DNA of 64,000 bases from Utricularia gibba (lineage: Eukaryota > Plantae > Magnoliophyta), in NCBI GenBank assembly GCA_002189035.1, contig NEEC01000013.1, positions 2,790,001 to 2,854,000 of the forward strand, written 5' to 3'. The position numbers and the translations under genes are program-made. Numbering within the stretch: the stretch's first letter is position 1; each line of letters begins with the position of its first letter. The notes under the pieces are model-generated. The model saw nothing but the letters and a program-made list of their open reading frames with translations, had not been told where the DNA came from and searched no databases. Positions 63,075 to 64,000 of this stretch are shown piece by piece.

Positions 63075-63515
63075 ATGGCCTGTTACAAATTTCTCCTTGC
63101 GTTGGCTCTCGCTGCCGTCTGTTTTTCCGCTGTCTCTGCGGCGGGCAATCGCCGCCTCCTGGCTCCGGTGTTCCCTGGACTCCCTGATCCCACCAGCACA
63201 ACCCCTAGATTTCAGGGCGCCACAGAGCCTGGCAGTTCAGTCCCTGGCTCGACATTCCCTGGTAGCATAGGCTTTGGCCCGACGACATTTCCCGGTGGGT
63301 TCCCTGGTTCATTCCCTGGTGCGGGATTTCCAGGTACTCTGATGCCGGATTTCGCAACACCCCTGTTCAATCCACAGGTCCTCCCTCCTTTCCTCCGAGG
63401 CGCCTCCCTGCCGAATGGTGGCAATGCTGGCTACCCTGGTGGTTCTCCGGTGTACGCCGGTACCGGGCCATACGGACTCTACAATAATCCACCCCAGATT
63501 CCAACTGTTCCTTGA
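63075..63515 (+). CDS. Small secreted Pro/Gly-rich protein with repeated FPG motif
   Basis: MACYKFLLALALAAVCFSAVSAAGNRRLL (signal peptide plus RRLL), six FPG tripeptides; 146 aa, single exon. Confidence 0.8.
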   Translation: MACYKFLLALALAAVCFSAVSAAGNRRLLAPVFPGLPDPTSTTPRFQGATEPGSSVPGSTFPGSIGFGPTTFPGGFPGSFPGAGFPGTLMPDFATPLFNPQVLPPFLRGASLPNGGNAGYPGGSPVYAGTGPYGLYNNPPQIPTVP

Positions 63516-64000
63516 ATCCGTTATGGTTCCTAGAGCTCCTTAGTTTCTTGTGTGTTGCGTGATGTCCTGTTGCCTTTCGCATTTTGCTTTGTTTCCCGTG
63601 TGATGTATCCAAATAAAGAAGTTCGTGTAGTCTGTTGGTGATCATAATATATTTCATATTTTGTTTTGCAACCTACGCTAGAAAGAAAAACGTTCTGCAT
63701 CAAACTCTAAAGGGAGGGGGCTCACAGAGCCCACAACCCATTGTTAACCACAGGGATATCCATTTTAACGTTCAGAAGCTCGAGTAGTCTACAGATAGAG
63801 GCGAATGAAAAACAGATAAAAAAACCCATCTTTCTTGCCTTTTTTGAATCTGGTTCATGGGTCATACATATTACAGGAGTAAAGCCGTAAGCCATTGATG
63901 ATCGTAAGGTCTTCATGGAGTACTGGAACCCCGGAAGAAGAATGGCTGCATTCGCAGAAAAAAAGAACCCAGATTCATTTCATATCATTAAAGCGAACAT

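Overview
Gene-dense nuclear DNA from a compact-genome flowering plant (eudicot-like; short GT-AG introns, AT-rich spacers; the species cannot be determined from sequence alone). About 22 protein-coding genes are recognisable: STICHEL-like, RRN3, methionine S-methyltransferase, RPT5, GRP23-type PPR, an uncharacterised multi-pass membrane protein, TruA-type pseudouridine synthase, a small DUF688-like protein, NFU2, RPS12, YY1, RPS28, MRS2-4, a triple-B3 protein, Tubby-like F-box, ROH1/DUF793, GBF4-like bZIP, RPL3, fibrillin, CYSTM, TIN1 and a secreted Pro/Gly-rich protein. Hidden between them are three clearly decayed, intron-retaining pseudogenes (RabA2, RBM22/SLT11, ATP-phosphoribosyltransferase) and two to three unidentified exon-like relics, consistent with ongoing fractionation. 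An intronic box C/D snoRNA (U35/snR73 type) sits in RPS12 intron 2. The largest RRN3 intron carries a duplicated, hairpin-rich cassette, each copy ending in a cryptic 3' splice site; this is the best candidate here for an undescribed regulatory RNA element. Eight single-base deletions in G/C runs break otherwise intact genes and are most likely assembly errors. No tRNA, rRNA, CRISPR array or intact transposon was seen. Family calls come from my recall of the homologous proteins, not from database searches.
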